Assembly: GCA_963977015.1 (NCBI GenBank)
Contig: CAXBMO010000017.1
Location: forward strand, 32,001-96,000
Reading direction: 5' to 3'
Source of the DNA: an uncultured bacterium
GTDB lineage: Bacteria; Verrucomicrobiota; Verrucomicrobiia; Verrucomicrobiales; DEV007
Length of the DNA: 64,000 nucleotides
In this document: positions 48,993 through 58,592 of the stretch, piece by piece
Position numbering within the stretch: the stretch's first letter is position 1
Layout: each line of letters opens with the position of its first letter
Program-made: the position numbers and the translations under genes
Notes under the pieces: generated by a model
What the model was told of the DNA's origin: nothing
What the model saw: the letters and a program-made list of their open reading frames with translations, nothing else
The model's database searches: none

Positions 48993-50504
48993 TTACTCTT
49001 CCCCTCCGCCAGCCTGCGCCTTCTTCTTCTTGTCCATGAAGTAGAGCCCGACTGTCACTCCAATCAGCAAAACCGGAACCAGGAAGAGGAAATTGAACCC
49101 ACCGCCCGAAGATGGTGCGGGTGAAGTTGTCGAAGCCGCCGTTGAACTGGTCTTTTTGGCCGTCGATGAAGTGGAGCTCTTTTTGGGCTCGGGCTTTTTG
49201 GGCTTCGCCGCCTCCACAGCAGCCTGTTTCTGGCGAGCCATTTCGGCAATCGCTTGAGACGCAGAAAGGGGTTTGTCTTCACCGTTGGCGGCTTCGGGCG
49301 ATTCTGCTTCGCCGTCCTTCTTCACGGCATCCGCGATCTTGCTGGCCTCCATCGCATTGCGATCCGCCAGGGCCGCTGCTTTCGCCGCCTTTTCCTCAAC
49401 CTGAGCAATCTTCGATTGGATTGCGGCCAGAACCTTGAGTGAATTATCCCGCGTATTCTTGGCGCCGCCCTTCACCTTCAGCGCTTCGGCCAACTGCAGC
49501 TTCGCTTCTTCAACATTCTCCTCAGCCAACAAGCCCTCCACTTCCCAAAGTTGATCCGCCTGGGCGCGAATGGCTTCCAGATCATACTTCCCAACTCGCT
49601 CGATCTCCTTGCGGACACGATCAATCCCTGACTTCAGGCTCGTTTCATCGACCAAATTCACCGTCGTCCAAAACAGCCCCCGCTTCGTCTCCGCCTCCAC
49701 TTGTCTTGTGTAGCGCTCTTTCTCCTGGGCCAGCACTTTCTGGTATTCCGTTTTCTGGTAATTCCCCATCCCCGCCAACGCCTTCTGGCGCTTCGCGATC
49801 TCATGCCTTGCATAACCAATTTCATTGGTCAGAAAACCACCATACTTGGGCAGAACCTGCCGGGCGAGTTCGACCGCCTCAGGAAAGGCCAACGTCCCTT
49901 GATAATTCTTCTCAATCCGCTCAAACAATCGCAACGCAGCCAATTGCCAGCCCGTCTCTGAGCCTTCCACCACAGAGCGCATCTGGTTCAATGCCGTGTC
50001 GGCCTCCATATTCACCCGGTGCGAAAGCTGCTCACTGGGACTCAACCACTCACTGCGGAACTTGCGGAACCCGAGCTCCACCTTCTTTCGCTCGTCTTCC
50101 AGCTGAGCGATGACCTTCTCGATTTTGTCTTTGCGAGAACTCTCAGGATACTTCTCCAAGAACTCTTGGGGCCTTTTGATGAGCTGATCGTACTCATTGA
50201 CGGTCAGACCAGGGGCGGTGGGAATCACCTTAATCGCCACCTCATAGGCAAAATCTTCCGGCGTGGTCCGCTCGATCCGCTCGATCTGGATTTTTTTGTA
50301 AAGCTTGGTGTCCTTGATCGTTCCCGTGATGATGCTGATTCGAACATCATCGTCGGTTTCCGTGGTGATTTTGCCGCTAACGACCGTGCCGTCCTTCAGA
50401 TAAATTTTGTCCGCCCAGGCAGATGGAATGGCAGAAAGAAGGGCAACAGCCAAGAGCCATTGGGCGATCAGCTTGCATTGGGGCAACAGAGAAAAACGGG
50501 TCAT
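48993..50504 (-). CDS. Exported helical protein with a C-terminal membrane anchor (PTPDL-family-like)
   Basis: Signal peptide; ADKIYLKDGTVVSG; VIPTAPGL segment; Ser/Thr linker, then TM and KKKK. Confidence 0.65.
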   Translation of the reverse strand: MTRFSLLPQCKLIAQWLLAVALLSAIPSAWADKIYLKDGTVVSGKITTETDDDVRISIITGTIKDTKLYKKIQIERIERTTPEDFAYEVAIKVIPTAPGLTVNEYDQLIKRPQEFLEKYPESSRKDKIEKVIAQLEDERKKVELGFRKFRSEWLSPSEQLSHRVNMEADTALNQMRSVVEGSETGWQLAALRLFERIEKNYQGTLAFPEAVELARQVLPKYGGFLTNEIGYARHEIAKRQKALAGMGNYQKTEYQKVLAQEKERYTRQVEAETKRGLFWTTVNLVDETSLKSGIDRVRKEIERVGKYDLEAIRAQADQLWEVEGLLAEENVEEAKLQLAEALKVKGGAKNTRDNSLKVLAAIQSKIAQVEEKAAKAAALADRNAMEASKIADAVKKDGEAESPEAANGEDKPLSASQAIAEMARQKQAAVEAAKPKKPEPKKSSTSSTAKKTSSTAASTTSPAPSSGGGFNFLFLVPVLLIGVTVGLYFMDKKKKAQAGGGEE

Positions 50505-50679
50505 TTGGGAAGTCGATGGAGTTTGGTCTTACGGTAGAAAAAGACGTATTCAGAGGGTCTTTATCATAAACCAATTTTACCCAATCATGCCAATCCTTAA
50601 TTCGATCGATTCCAAACCGGGATTTTCGTGATGCCAGAGTGTTGCCAAAGGTGGAATCATCGTAGAGTGAAGACCTTCC

Positions 50680-51297
50680 ATGATTCTCGCGATCGAGACC
50701 TCAACTCCCAATGCCCACCTCGCGGTTCTCAGCCCCGACGGGTCTGACGTCGTCTTCGAAACGCGGTTTCACTCGGACCGAGCCCACAATTCGCGCATCT
50801 TTGATCCGCTCAAGGAAACCCTCGACGCCGCCCCCCAACTTTCGCGCCTCGTGGTGGGAACGGGGCCCGGCTCCTACAGCGGAGTTCGCGTCGGAATCGC
50901 GATCGCCAACGGACTCGCCGTAGCCAAAGGAGCCGGTGTTATCGGCCTGCCCTCCATTTGCACCCTGCTGCCCGATGGGTTGGTCGTGGGCGATGCCCGC
51001 CGAAACGCCTTTTTCGTGGCTGAAATTGCCGGCCATCAGATGGTTTCGGCTCCGGAAATTCACTCCGGCGACGAATTCACGAAGCTGGTCCACCAGGCAC
51101 TCACCGATGGCACCAGGGTCGTGACGATGGATGCGAAACCGCCGCTTGGGATCGCCGGGATCGAAATCCAATCCCCCAGCGCGACCAAGCTGGGCGCCCT
51201 CGCCGCAGAATTGGCGATTCCCGATCAAGCGATCGAACCGGTCTACGTTCGCGAGCCCTACATCACCAAGGAAAAACCGAAAGCGGCCCTCGGTTAG
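50680..51297 (+). CDS. tsaB: tRNA threonylcarbamoyladenosine biosynthesis protein TsaB
   Basis: MILAIETS, GTGPGSYSGVRVG, DARR, EPVYVR. Confidence 0.93.
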   Translation: MILAIETSTPNAHLAVLSPDGSDVVFETRFHSDRAHNSRIFDPLKETLDAAPQLSRLVVGTGPGSYSGVRVGIAIANGLAVAKGAGVIGLPSICTLLPDGLVVGDARRNAFFVAEIAGHQMVSAPEIHSGDEFTKLVHQALTDGTRVVTMDAKPPLGIAGIEIQSPSATKLGALAAELAIPDQAIEPVYVREPYITKEKPKAALG

Positions 51298-51345
51298 GGC
51301 GCCGATTGTGAGGTGGCTGAAAAAGTGTTGCCAGGTTTTCCAAGA

Positions 51346-51987
51346 CTATGGCTGAAACTCTTCGGATCTCTCATTCCATTCCCAAAGAGTGGACAAAAGA
51401 GCATCTACTCCGCCTACCGAACCCATCGAGACGCTAAATGCTGTCGTGGAATTCAGATAGTGTTGTGATATTCGATTCAAAACACTATCCAACGCAGTCA
51501 ACGCTTCCCTGATTTTCTGTCTAGTCGTCTCGGGTAGTGGTTCCGTTCTTCTCCCACCAACTAGCGGCATTTCCCGATGCGCCAATCGCCTATTCCTCCT
51601 CACCCTAGCGAATTTGCATTTCTCGATTGCATTCTCCACTAGCGTATCCACTTCATTTTTCAATTTCCTGTCAGTAATATTTCTGGAGAACCTCTTCACT
51701 GTCAGCGTTTCGTTCCCTGCGACCGTAACATTGTCAGTTATTCGACAAATATGGAGGACCACATCCTCTATCATCATTCTCTGAGTGTTATGAAAAAATG
51801 CCGGCGCAACCTTGTTAAGTAAATTGATAACTTCGGGCGTGTCCGCAAACAGACTTTCGTAGTCGTTCCACTTTAGATGAATCCAAGTAAGCTGATTTCG
51901 AAGGTCATCGTACAGTTCTCCGAGGTTCTCGCCCATCTGTGCGATGCACTCTTCCCTTATTTCTTCTGGTGACTTTATCCTGCTCAT
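51346..51987 (-). CDS. HEPN-domain (AbiU2-like) putative RNase
   Basis: Predominantly helical-looking ~213 aa protein with RNRRLAH (Rx4-6H) at 51577-51597; visibly AT-richer than its neighbours. Confidence 0.65.
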   Translation of the reverse strand: MSRIKSPEEIREECIAQMGENLGELYDDLRNQLTWIHLKWNDYESLFADTPEVINLLNKVAPAFFHNTQRMMIEDVVLHICRITDNVTVAGNETLTVKRFSRNITDRKLKNEVDTLVENAIEKCKFARVRRNRRLAHREMPLVGGRRTEPLPETTRQKIREALTALDSVLNRISQHYLNSTTAFSVSMGSVGGVDALLSTLWEWNERSEEFQP

Positions 51988-52197
51988 CACATTGTTGCCA
52001 AAACGCAAGGATCTGAAAATCCTCCTCAGTCCTCGCTTATTCCCTCACTAAAGCAGAATTCTGTCAGCCTGCAAAAACCATTAAGGAATTCTTGACTTTA
52101 AGGATTTTTGAAACTAGATCTGCGGCCGCAGCGAAACCGGCAATCATCAAATCTCAAATTCAATAGGGCAATCGACGCGTTGATCCATTGATCGTCT

Positions 52198-52435
52198 ATC
52201 CCAACGGGATTGCGCACCACAAGCCCAAGGTTACCGCCGGCTACCTTGGGCCCGATCCCCGAAAGAGGAATCAATCCTGAAGGGCTTGTGGAAAGGTGAG
52301 GAGATGAAGGAGCAGGCCGGCAACGAAGATTTCGCAACCACGGTGTGGTTGATGGCTCATGGCGACGGTGTTCCTGGAGTAGGCCGCTTCGCTGGGCCAA
52401 CCCCAGGCTTTCCCTGCGCAACGGCGTTGCCGTTG
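52198..52435. repeat. REP/BIME-like composite palindromic element
   Basis: Nested hairpins ATCCCAACGGGAT, CCCAAGGT..ACCTTGGG, CAACCACGGTGTGGTTG, CCTGG..CCAGG, CAACGGCGTTGCCGTTG; the two ends are diverged inverted copies. Confidence 0.7.
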
Positions 52436-52605
52436 TTCCCTTGTGGCTGGCGGCTTCGCTAAGCCATCCCAGTCGGTTAGTTTGACATCCGGAGATACTT
52501 CGATTCGGAGATCCGGTAGGGCGATGTGGTTTGGGCGCGCGATGAGGTGACCGATAAGGAGGGCAGGAAGAAGGTGCTTTCCTGAAATCCCTGATGGAGT
52601 CCTGG

Positions 52606-54336
52606 CTAGGTCAGAGCCAGCCAGACTGGACCAAACGGCGGAAGCTCGATGGCTTTGCCGGGTTCCACCATCGCTCCGCTGAGCACTTCCCGGGTTGATT
52701 CCACGGGATCCGATCCAGAGACACAATCGCTCCAATTCACGGTCAACGGTTTGGCGGTCAAATTGGCGAGGCAGACAATCGTTTCGGAGCCATCGTGTGC
52801 CTTGCGAACGAAGCCAAAGCACGCTTTCCCGAGGTCGAGAACCTCCATGGCCGCTTCCGGATGGAACGCGGGATGGTTTTGCCGCCGAATCAGCCAGCTC
52901 GTCAGGATATCGAAAATTTTGCTCTGTTTTCCCTCCCGATCGTCCAGCACTTCATTCAGTTGATCCAATTTATACTGGCGGCGATTCAGGGTTCGGTTGC
53001 GCTTGGTCTCTTCGAAACCCTCAACCCAGTTTGGCGTTCCCAACAAACTGTGAATGTAGAGTGCGGGAACGCCGCGCATCGCCAGCATGATTGCCTGTGA
53101 ACAGAGGAAGCGGGCAATGCTGGTTTCCTCGTCACCCGGTTCGCTCATGGCATCGACGTAGGTGATGTTCAGCTCATAGGGCCGCTTTGAGCCATCCGGC
53201 ATGGAGCGCTGCGAGACTTTTCCGCCACGCTTCTTGACCTGACCAACCACCCAATCCAATTCCGAGTCGTCCAGGATTCCCTGCAAGGGGCGAACGCCAA
53301 CTCCGTCGTGCGACGCGGTGAAGTTGAGAAAGGTCTGCCCTTCGGGAAGGTCCGGAAGCGTCTTGGCCCAACCGGTGAGATGAGATCCATCCCCACGCAA
53401 CAGGGCATGCAGCAACAGCGGAGGCAGGCTGAAATTGTAAACCATGTGCGCCTCATCCCCATCGCCAAAGTAGCTCACATTCTCTTCGTGCGGCACATTT
53501 GTTTCGGTTAGCACGACGACGTGAGGAGCGACGACTTCGAGGACGTCGCGAATCAGCTTCACCACTTCATGCGTCTCGGGAAGATGCAGGCAATTGGTTC
53601 CAATCTCCTTCCAAAGAAATGCCACCGCATCGAGCCGCAGAATGCGGACACCTTTGGCGACGTAGAGAAACAGGATGTCGAGAAATTCGAAGAGCACGTT
53701 CGGATCCTTCCAATTCAGATCGACCTGATCCGCGCTGAAGGTTGTCCAAACGTTCTGATTGCCCCCACGCGTCGCCACCGTGGTTAAAAGCGGAGTTTCT
53801 CTCGGCCTAACGACTTCCGATAGATCCACGCTTTTGTCTGCGGTGACAAAATATCCCAAGCCCGGCTCCACTCCGGTAACGAATTGACGGAACCAAGGGC
53901 TCTCGCTCGAACAATGATTCAAGACCAGATCGAACATCAGCGAAAAGTCGCTCCCCAGGTCTTCAATGTCTCTCCACCCCCCGTATTCCTCTTTCACCTC
54001 ACGGTAGTCCACCACACTGAATCCATCGTCCGAGGTCCAGGGGCAAAAGGGAAGAATGTGAACCGTCCGAATCGCATTCTTCAGCCGTTCGCACAAAAAT
54101 CCCCGCAGCGTTCGCAAGGGATTCTCTCCGCCCTGAACCGTATCGGCATAAGTGATCAGCACCGTATCATTCTCGGTCCAAAGCGGCGTTTTGGGTGGCG
54201 AAACTTCGCCCACGCCATAGCGACCTAACATCATTTCGAAGCGCCGAATCAACTTTGGCGCCATTTCGACTCCATAGAGCCGTTCAAGACGGGCTTGGAT
54301 TCGGTTGGATTGGCCTTTGCCTAGTACAATGCTCAT
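52606..54336 (-). CDS. GH13_18 glycoside phosphorylase, probably glucosylglycerate phosphorylase
   Basis: LITYAD, SDDGFSV, NHCS, WTTFSADQVDLN, RLDAV, TETN, ASHDG, YELN. Confidence 0.88.
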   Translation of the reverse strand: MSIVLGKGQSNRIQARLERLYGVEMAPKLIRRFEMMLGRYGVGEVSPPKTPLWTENDTVLITYADTVQGGENPLRTLRGFLCERLKNAIRTVHILPFCPWTSDDGFSVVDYREVKEEYGGWRDIEDLGSDFSLMFDLVLNHCSSESPWFRQFVTGVEPGLGYFVTADKSVDLSEVVRPRETPLLTTVATRGGNQNVWTTFSADQVDLNWKDPNVLFEFLDILFLYVAKGVRILRLDAVAFLWKEIGTNCLHLPETHEVVKLIRDVLEVVAPHVVVLTETNVPHEENVSYFGDGDEAHMVYNFSLPPLLLHALLRGDGSHLTGWAKTLPDLPEGQTFLNFTASHDGVGVRPLQGILDDSELDWVVGQVKKRGGKVSQRSMPDGSKRPYELNITYVDAMSEPGDEETSIARFLCSQAIMLAMRGVPALYIHSLLGTPNWVEGFEETKRNRTLNRRQYKLDQLNEVLDDREGKQSKIFDILTSWLIRRQNHPAFHPEAAMEVLDLGKACFGFVRKAHDGSETIVCLANLTAKPLTVNWSDCVSGSDPVESTREVLSGAMVEPGKAIELPPFGPVWLALT

Positions 54337-54406
54337 GGTCAGTTGAACCGGAAATAAGCACACTTTTACCGAGTGGCGAATCCCCGATTCAAGAAAAGCC
54401 AGAGCG

Positions 54407-55429
54407 CTAACCCGGCTTCAAGACCGACTTGACCACTTCGCCTTGGTGCATTTTTTCGAAGGCCGTCTTCCATTCCGAGACGGGCCAGACTCCGCCGATA
54501 ATCGGTTTCACATCAAACTGGCCACTGGCGAGCAATCGAATCACGCGCTCCCAAATCGGCCAGTTGTGACTGAAACTTCCCTGGAGGGTGATGTTTTTCT
54601 GAACCAGAGGATCGAGGTTGTACCCCAGCGGCTGGGGGCCCCACCCTACCTTGCTGATCCAGCCAGCAGGTCGAACCAGGTTCAGCGCGATCTGCAACGT
54701 GGCGCTGGCTCCAGCGGCGTCGATCACCCCATCACATCCCAATCCATCCCGCTCCAAGGCCCAGGACCCGGCATCTCCCACGATGACTTCACAGCCGTAT
54801 TGTTTGGCGATTTCCAGTCGGTGCCGATCGTTCTCCAAACCAACGATCGCAACTTCCGCTCCGCAAAGTCGAGCCATCCCGGCACACAGAATTCCAATCG
54901 TTCCCGGCCCCAGCACCACAATGCGATCCCCCGGTTCGATACGCGCGTTTTTGACCGTGGCATTGTAGGCAACGCAGCACGGCTCGGTCAGACATGCCTG
55001 CTCGAACGGCAAGCTGTCGGGAATTCGATGAAGGACCCGCGCCGGCACGCGGACATGCTTTGTCATGGCCCCATCCACTCCGTAACCAAATCCCTTCCGG
55101 GTTGGGTCGAGATTGTAGAGACCTTGTCGCGTCATCGGATTGTCCGCACCGATGATGGCGGCGGTTTCGCTGACGACCCGATCACCTTCCTCCCATCCTT
55201 CCACGTCTTTGCCGACTTCCACGACATAGCCGCCAAACTCGTGCCCCAACACCACCGGATAGTTGACCGGCCAGGAATGATCTGCGGTCCATTGATGAAG
55301 ATCGCTCCCGCAAACGCCGACATTGGCGACTTCAACGAGGACGTCCTGCGCCCCAATCTCCGGTTTTTCGATCTCCCGAATTTCAACAGAACCTTTCTCA
55401 GGAGCAAAGTTAACGACAGCGGCATTCAT
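54407..55429 (-). CDS. Zinc-dependent medium-chain (sugar/polyol) dehydrogenase
   Basis: GVCGSDLH, LGHEFGG, EGDRV, TEPC, GPGTIG. Confidence 0.92.
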   Translation of the reverse strand: MNAAVVNFAPEKGSVEIREIEKPEIGAQDVLVEVANVGVCGSDLHQWTADHSWPVNYPVVLGHEFGGYVVEVGKDVEGWEEGDRVVSETAAIIGADNPMTRQGLYNLDPTRKGFGYGVDGAMTKHVRVPARVLHRIPDSLPFEQACLTEPCCVAYNATVKNARIEPGDRIVVLGPGTIGILCAGMARLCGAEVAIVGLENDRHRLEIAKQYGCEVIVGDAGSWALERDGLGCDGVIDAAGASATLQIALNLVRPAGWISKVGWGPQPLGYNLDPLVQKNITLQGSFSHNWPIWERVIRLLASGQFDVKPIIGGVWPVSEWKTAFEKMHQGEVVKSVLKPG

Positions 55430-55432
55430 GAG

Positions 55433-56128
55433 TTAGTTGGATACGGTTTGTGCATGGACGGCTTCGCAAATCAGGCGGAGCGAGCTTTCCAGATCGCCAT
55501 CAGCGGTTTTGAACGCATCGGCATCGATCGTCAGCGGAGCCCCGAGAACGACCAGCGGCGCCCCGTATCCGGGACATTCAATCGCCTGTTCCAGGCTCAG
55601 GCCACCGACGGCTTGAACCGGGACCTTGACCGCTTTCACCACGTCTCGAAGCTGATCCAGCGGGCTGGGCATGCGGTTACCAGCCGCGGCGATTCCCCGG
55701 CGTTCATCATAACCAATGTGATGAATCACGTAGTCACAGCCGAGCTGCTCGAGACGCTTTGCTCCCTCCACCATGTCCGCGCTAACCATGTTATCCCCCA
55801 TCACCTCACAGCCAAAATCACGCCCCGCCTTCACCACGCATTTGATCGTTTCCTCGTGAGCCTGCGCCATTACCACGACATGGGTTGCGCCCGCTTTCGC
55901 CATCATCTCGGCTTCCAGATAACCGCCATCCATCGTCTTGAGATCCGCGACAAGCGGCACCTTGGGAAACGCTTCGCGCAATTTGCGAACGCCGTGCAAT
56001 CCTTCCGCCAAAATGAGCGGGGTTCCGGCCTCCAGCCAATCGACTCCGGCACGCATGGCCAATTCCGCCGTCTCCAGCGCTTCATCAATCTTCGTGAGGT
56101 CCAGAGAAATCTGAACGAGGGGTTTCAT
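55433..56128 (-). CDS. 3-hexulose-6-phosphate synthase / KGPDC family enzyme (OMP decarboxylase fold)
   Basis: VQISLD, WLEAGTPL, ADLKTMDGG (DxKxxD), HHIGYD, AVGGL. Confidence 0.88.
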   Translation of the reverse strand: MKPLVQISLDLTKIDEALETAELAMRAGVDWLEAGTPLILAEGLHGVRKLREAFPKVPLVADLKTMDGGYLEAEMMAKAGATHVVVMAQAHEETIKCVVKAGRDFGCEVMGDNMVSADMVEGAKRLEQLGCDYVIHHIGYDERRGIAAAGNRMPSPLDQLRDVVKAVKVPVQAVGGLSLEQAIECPGYGAPLVVLGAPLTIDADAFKTADGDLESSLRLICEAVHAQTVSN

Positions 56129-56187
56129 CCCTTGAGATGCCACAGGCCAGCGAACCTGCCAAGCAACGTTCCTCGCGATTTTTTTGT

Positions 56188-57024
56188 CTAGGCCAGTTGG
56201 TATGCCTCTGTGGCAGTCCCACCCATGATCCAGGCTTGCTCCGTAGTTGAAAGCTTCGAAGTCCAGCTTCTCACGGTTTCGATCCAGCGATGGTAGTCAC
56301 TGGCCAACAGACAAACCGGCCAGTCCGACCCGAACATGAGTCGATCGGGGCCAAACGCCTCCAACACCGTCTCGAAATACGGCTGAAGGAGTTGAGGCGA
56401 CCAGTTCACCCCTTCGACAACTTCGGTGACCATCCCGGAGACTTTGCAATAAACATTGCCGCGCCGGGCGATCTCTCGCATTCCACTCACCCACGCCGGA
56501 TCGGGAGTGTCCGTCTCAATCCTGGGTTTCGCGATGTGGTCAATCACGAAAACCTGCCCTTCATGTTGATCCACAAATGCCGGTGTGTGGGGCAAATGAA
56601 AATGCTTGATCAAGATGTCATAGACAAATCCGTAGTTGTGCAGCATCGCGACTCCACGATTGAAGTCTTCGCGCAACATGTATCGCTCGTCGGACTCACC
56701 CTGAAGGACGTGGCGAAAACCTTTGATCAGAGGCTCCATGGAACACTTCTCCAACGCATCGCCGACCTTGGGATCCGTCAGCTCGATCCAACCAACGACG
56801 CCCTTGATGAAAGGATGCTTTTTCCCAAATGCGAGCAAGGATTCCGTTTCCTCGGGAATCGTTCGCGCTTGGACGGAAACGACGCCATCCAGCCCCTCGC
56901 TTTCCGCGATTTCCAGCAGGTCACCCGGCCCGAAATCGCGTTTCAGCACATCCATTCCCTCACCAATCCACCCATACTGTTCGGGGCTATACTTCCAGAA
57001 ATGATGATGGGAATCGATAGTCAC
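56188..57024 (-). CDS. Amidohydrolase-family sugar lactonase (L-fuconolactonase-like)
   Basis: IDSHHHFW, GVVGW, FRHVLQ, DHIAKP, CKVSG, FGSDWPVC. Confidence 0.9.
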   Translation of the reverse strand: MTIDSHHHFWKYSPEQYGWIGEGMDVLKRDFGPGDLLEIAESEGLDGVVSVQARTIPEETESLLAFGKKHPFIKGVVGWIELTDPKVGDALEKCSMEPLIKGFRHVLQGESDERYMLREDFNRGVAMLHNYGFVYDILIKHFHLPHTPAFVDQHEGQVFVIDHIAKPRIETDTPDPAWVSGMREIARRGNVYCKVSGMVTEVVEGVNWSPQLLQPYFETVLEAFGPDRLMFGSDWPVCLLASDYHRWIETVRSWTSKLSTTEQAWIMGGTATEAYQLA

Positions 57025-57051
57025 GAGACTTGGTCCACTGAAAGCATACGG

Positions 57052-58578
57052 TTAATCCAAAACGTCTCGACCCGGTTCCGGTTTCTTCGTAGGTGGCGGC
57101 GCGGGTTTGCTTTCAGGCAACGGCTTGGTGGGAACACTCGAATACTTGGTGAAGAGATAGATGTGAGGAATATGCGGAAGTTGAGGCTCCACCAAAATGG
57201 ACTCGCGCCCAACCCTGGAAGGATCGACATGCTTCAAATGATGGGAAACCTCATAGAACTGCCCACGGTGCGACCTCGCCCAACGCTCGACCGCGGGCAC
57301 GACTTTGGGGTCCGCGGTTTTGGGAATCTCGGCCTCGGCTGCGGTGGCCAATGTGTCCAAGCGGCTTTCAAGAGCGGTGGCGTGAGCCTGGGTCTTTGCA
57401 AAGGGCACAAAACGATCCGACGCAAAGTCGTAGTCTTCAAACCGGCGTTTGATCTTCACCGCTTCCGGAACTGATGGCATAAACGTTCCCTTTTCATCAG
57501 GACTCCACGGCGCCCAACCATTCGGAACCCCGGTTCCCCCTCCCAGGGAGTTGGCCAGATCCCGCGCCGCGATGTAGACGTCAAAACTGTCGGGCGCGAC
57601 GTGGAAATAGATGTAGTTGCGATTGTTTGAAATGGTCTTGAAGGCATTGACCAGAGGCGAACCTGCGGAGCGAAACTCGCTGATCGCCATTCCTCCGTCC
57701 GGCCGCGGCACAAAGGCCAGTTTCAACCTGTCGCGATCAACCGTGACCTGGTATTCAACATCCTTGGTTCCCAACTTCCCGGCGTTGGACTTGAAATAGG
57801 AAGCAACCTTGGCGGAATCATAGCGTAACTTCTTCAGCGCTTTTCCGTCACGATTCACAATCGACTCATAGCCTCTTCCGTCCCGTCGTTCTTTGTCACT
57901 TTTGAACGAGTAGGTATAAGATCCCGCTTCCCCACCGGAATATACCAGATCGTCAAAGTTGCTGTCCACCAAGTCGCGAATCTTGAACGCATGCTGATAG
58001 ATATCACCGACATAATAGAGTTTTCCGAAGACGCAGAGAACGTAGCGCGGCTCGGCGGCTTCCGGGGCGGTCCTCGGATTGGGCAGCATGACGACGGTCG
58101 GGGCCGGGCCCTCATCCGACATCGCGACTTCGAGTTTTTTTCGCAACTCGGTCAGTTCATCAACCTTGATCTGGTTTTCCGTCGATTGAGTCTCCTTCTT
58201 TTCCTCCTCGGTCTTGATCGCCAGCTCGATGGCCTTGAGTTTGTTCTGCAGATCATCAACTGACTCGTCGGATTTCAACGCTTCCAATTGGAGCTCCAAC
58301 TCTCTTTTCTGCTTGTTGATTTCGTCCAGCGAGCGGTTTTGCGCCAACGCACTCTTCAGATTCGCCTTGTCTTCCAATCGCTTGTCGCGAGTCAATATAT
58401 TCGCCTGCAACTCTTCCGGTGAGACCGGCTTGAGTTCGGAAACGATGCGATCCACCACATCGCTCATGCTGATGCTGGTGAGAATAAGAACAAGGAGCAG
58501 GATCCCGACCACGTTCGTCAACGCATCGAGCAACGAGTCCATGTTCGCTTCTTCATCTCCTTTGTTTCGGCGGGCCAT
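57052..58578 (-). CDS. Single-pass ExbD/MotB-like membrane protein with a coiled coil and large C-terminal domain
   Basis: MARR...MDSLLDALTNVVGILLLV N-terminal TM containing Asp; heptad-rich segment follows. Confidence 0.7.
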   Translation of the reverse strand: MARRNKGDEEANMDSLLDALTNVVGILLLVLILTSISMSDVVDRIVSELKPVSPEELQANILTRDKRLEDKANLKSALAQNRSLDEINKQKRELELQLEALKSDESVDDLQNKLKAIELAIKTEEEKKETQSTENQIKVDELTELRKKLEVAMSDEGPAPTVVMLPNPRTAPEAAEPRYVLCVFGKLYYVGDIYQHAFKIRDLVDSNFDDLVYSGGEAGSYTYSFKSDKERRDGRGYESIVNRDGKALKKLRYDSAKVASYFKSNAGKLGTKDVEYQVTVDRDRLKLAFVPRPDGGMAISEFRSAGSPLVNAFKTISNNRNYIYFHVAPDSFDVYIAARDLANSLGGGTGVPNGWAPWSPDEKGTFMPSVPEAVKIKRRFEDYDFASDRFVPFAKTQAHATALESRLDTLATAAEAEIPKTADPKVVPAVERWARSHRGQFYEVSHHLKHVDPSRVGRESILVEPQLPHIPHIYLFTKYSSVPTKPLPESKPAPPPTKKPEPGRDVLD

Positions 58579-58592
58579 GGTGAGTCTTTCGG

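Noticed and set aside
52098-52421. 107 aa ORF in the intergenic region
   Set aside because: It coincides with the palindromic repeat and has no protein-like features.
54443-56191. 582 aa plus-strand ORF
   Set aside because: Antisense to two well-supported genes that share a frame; no motifs.
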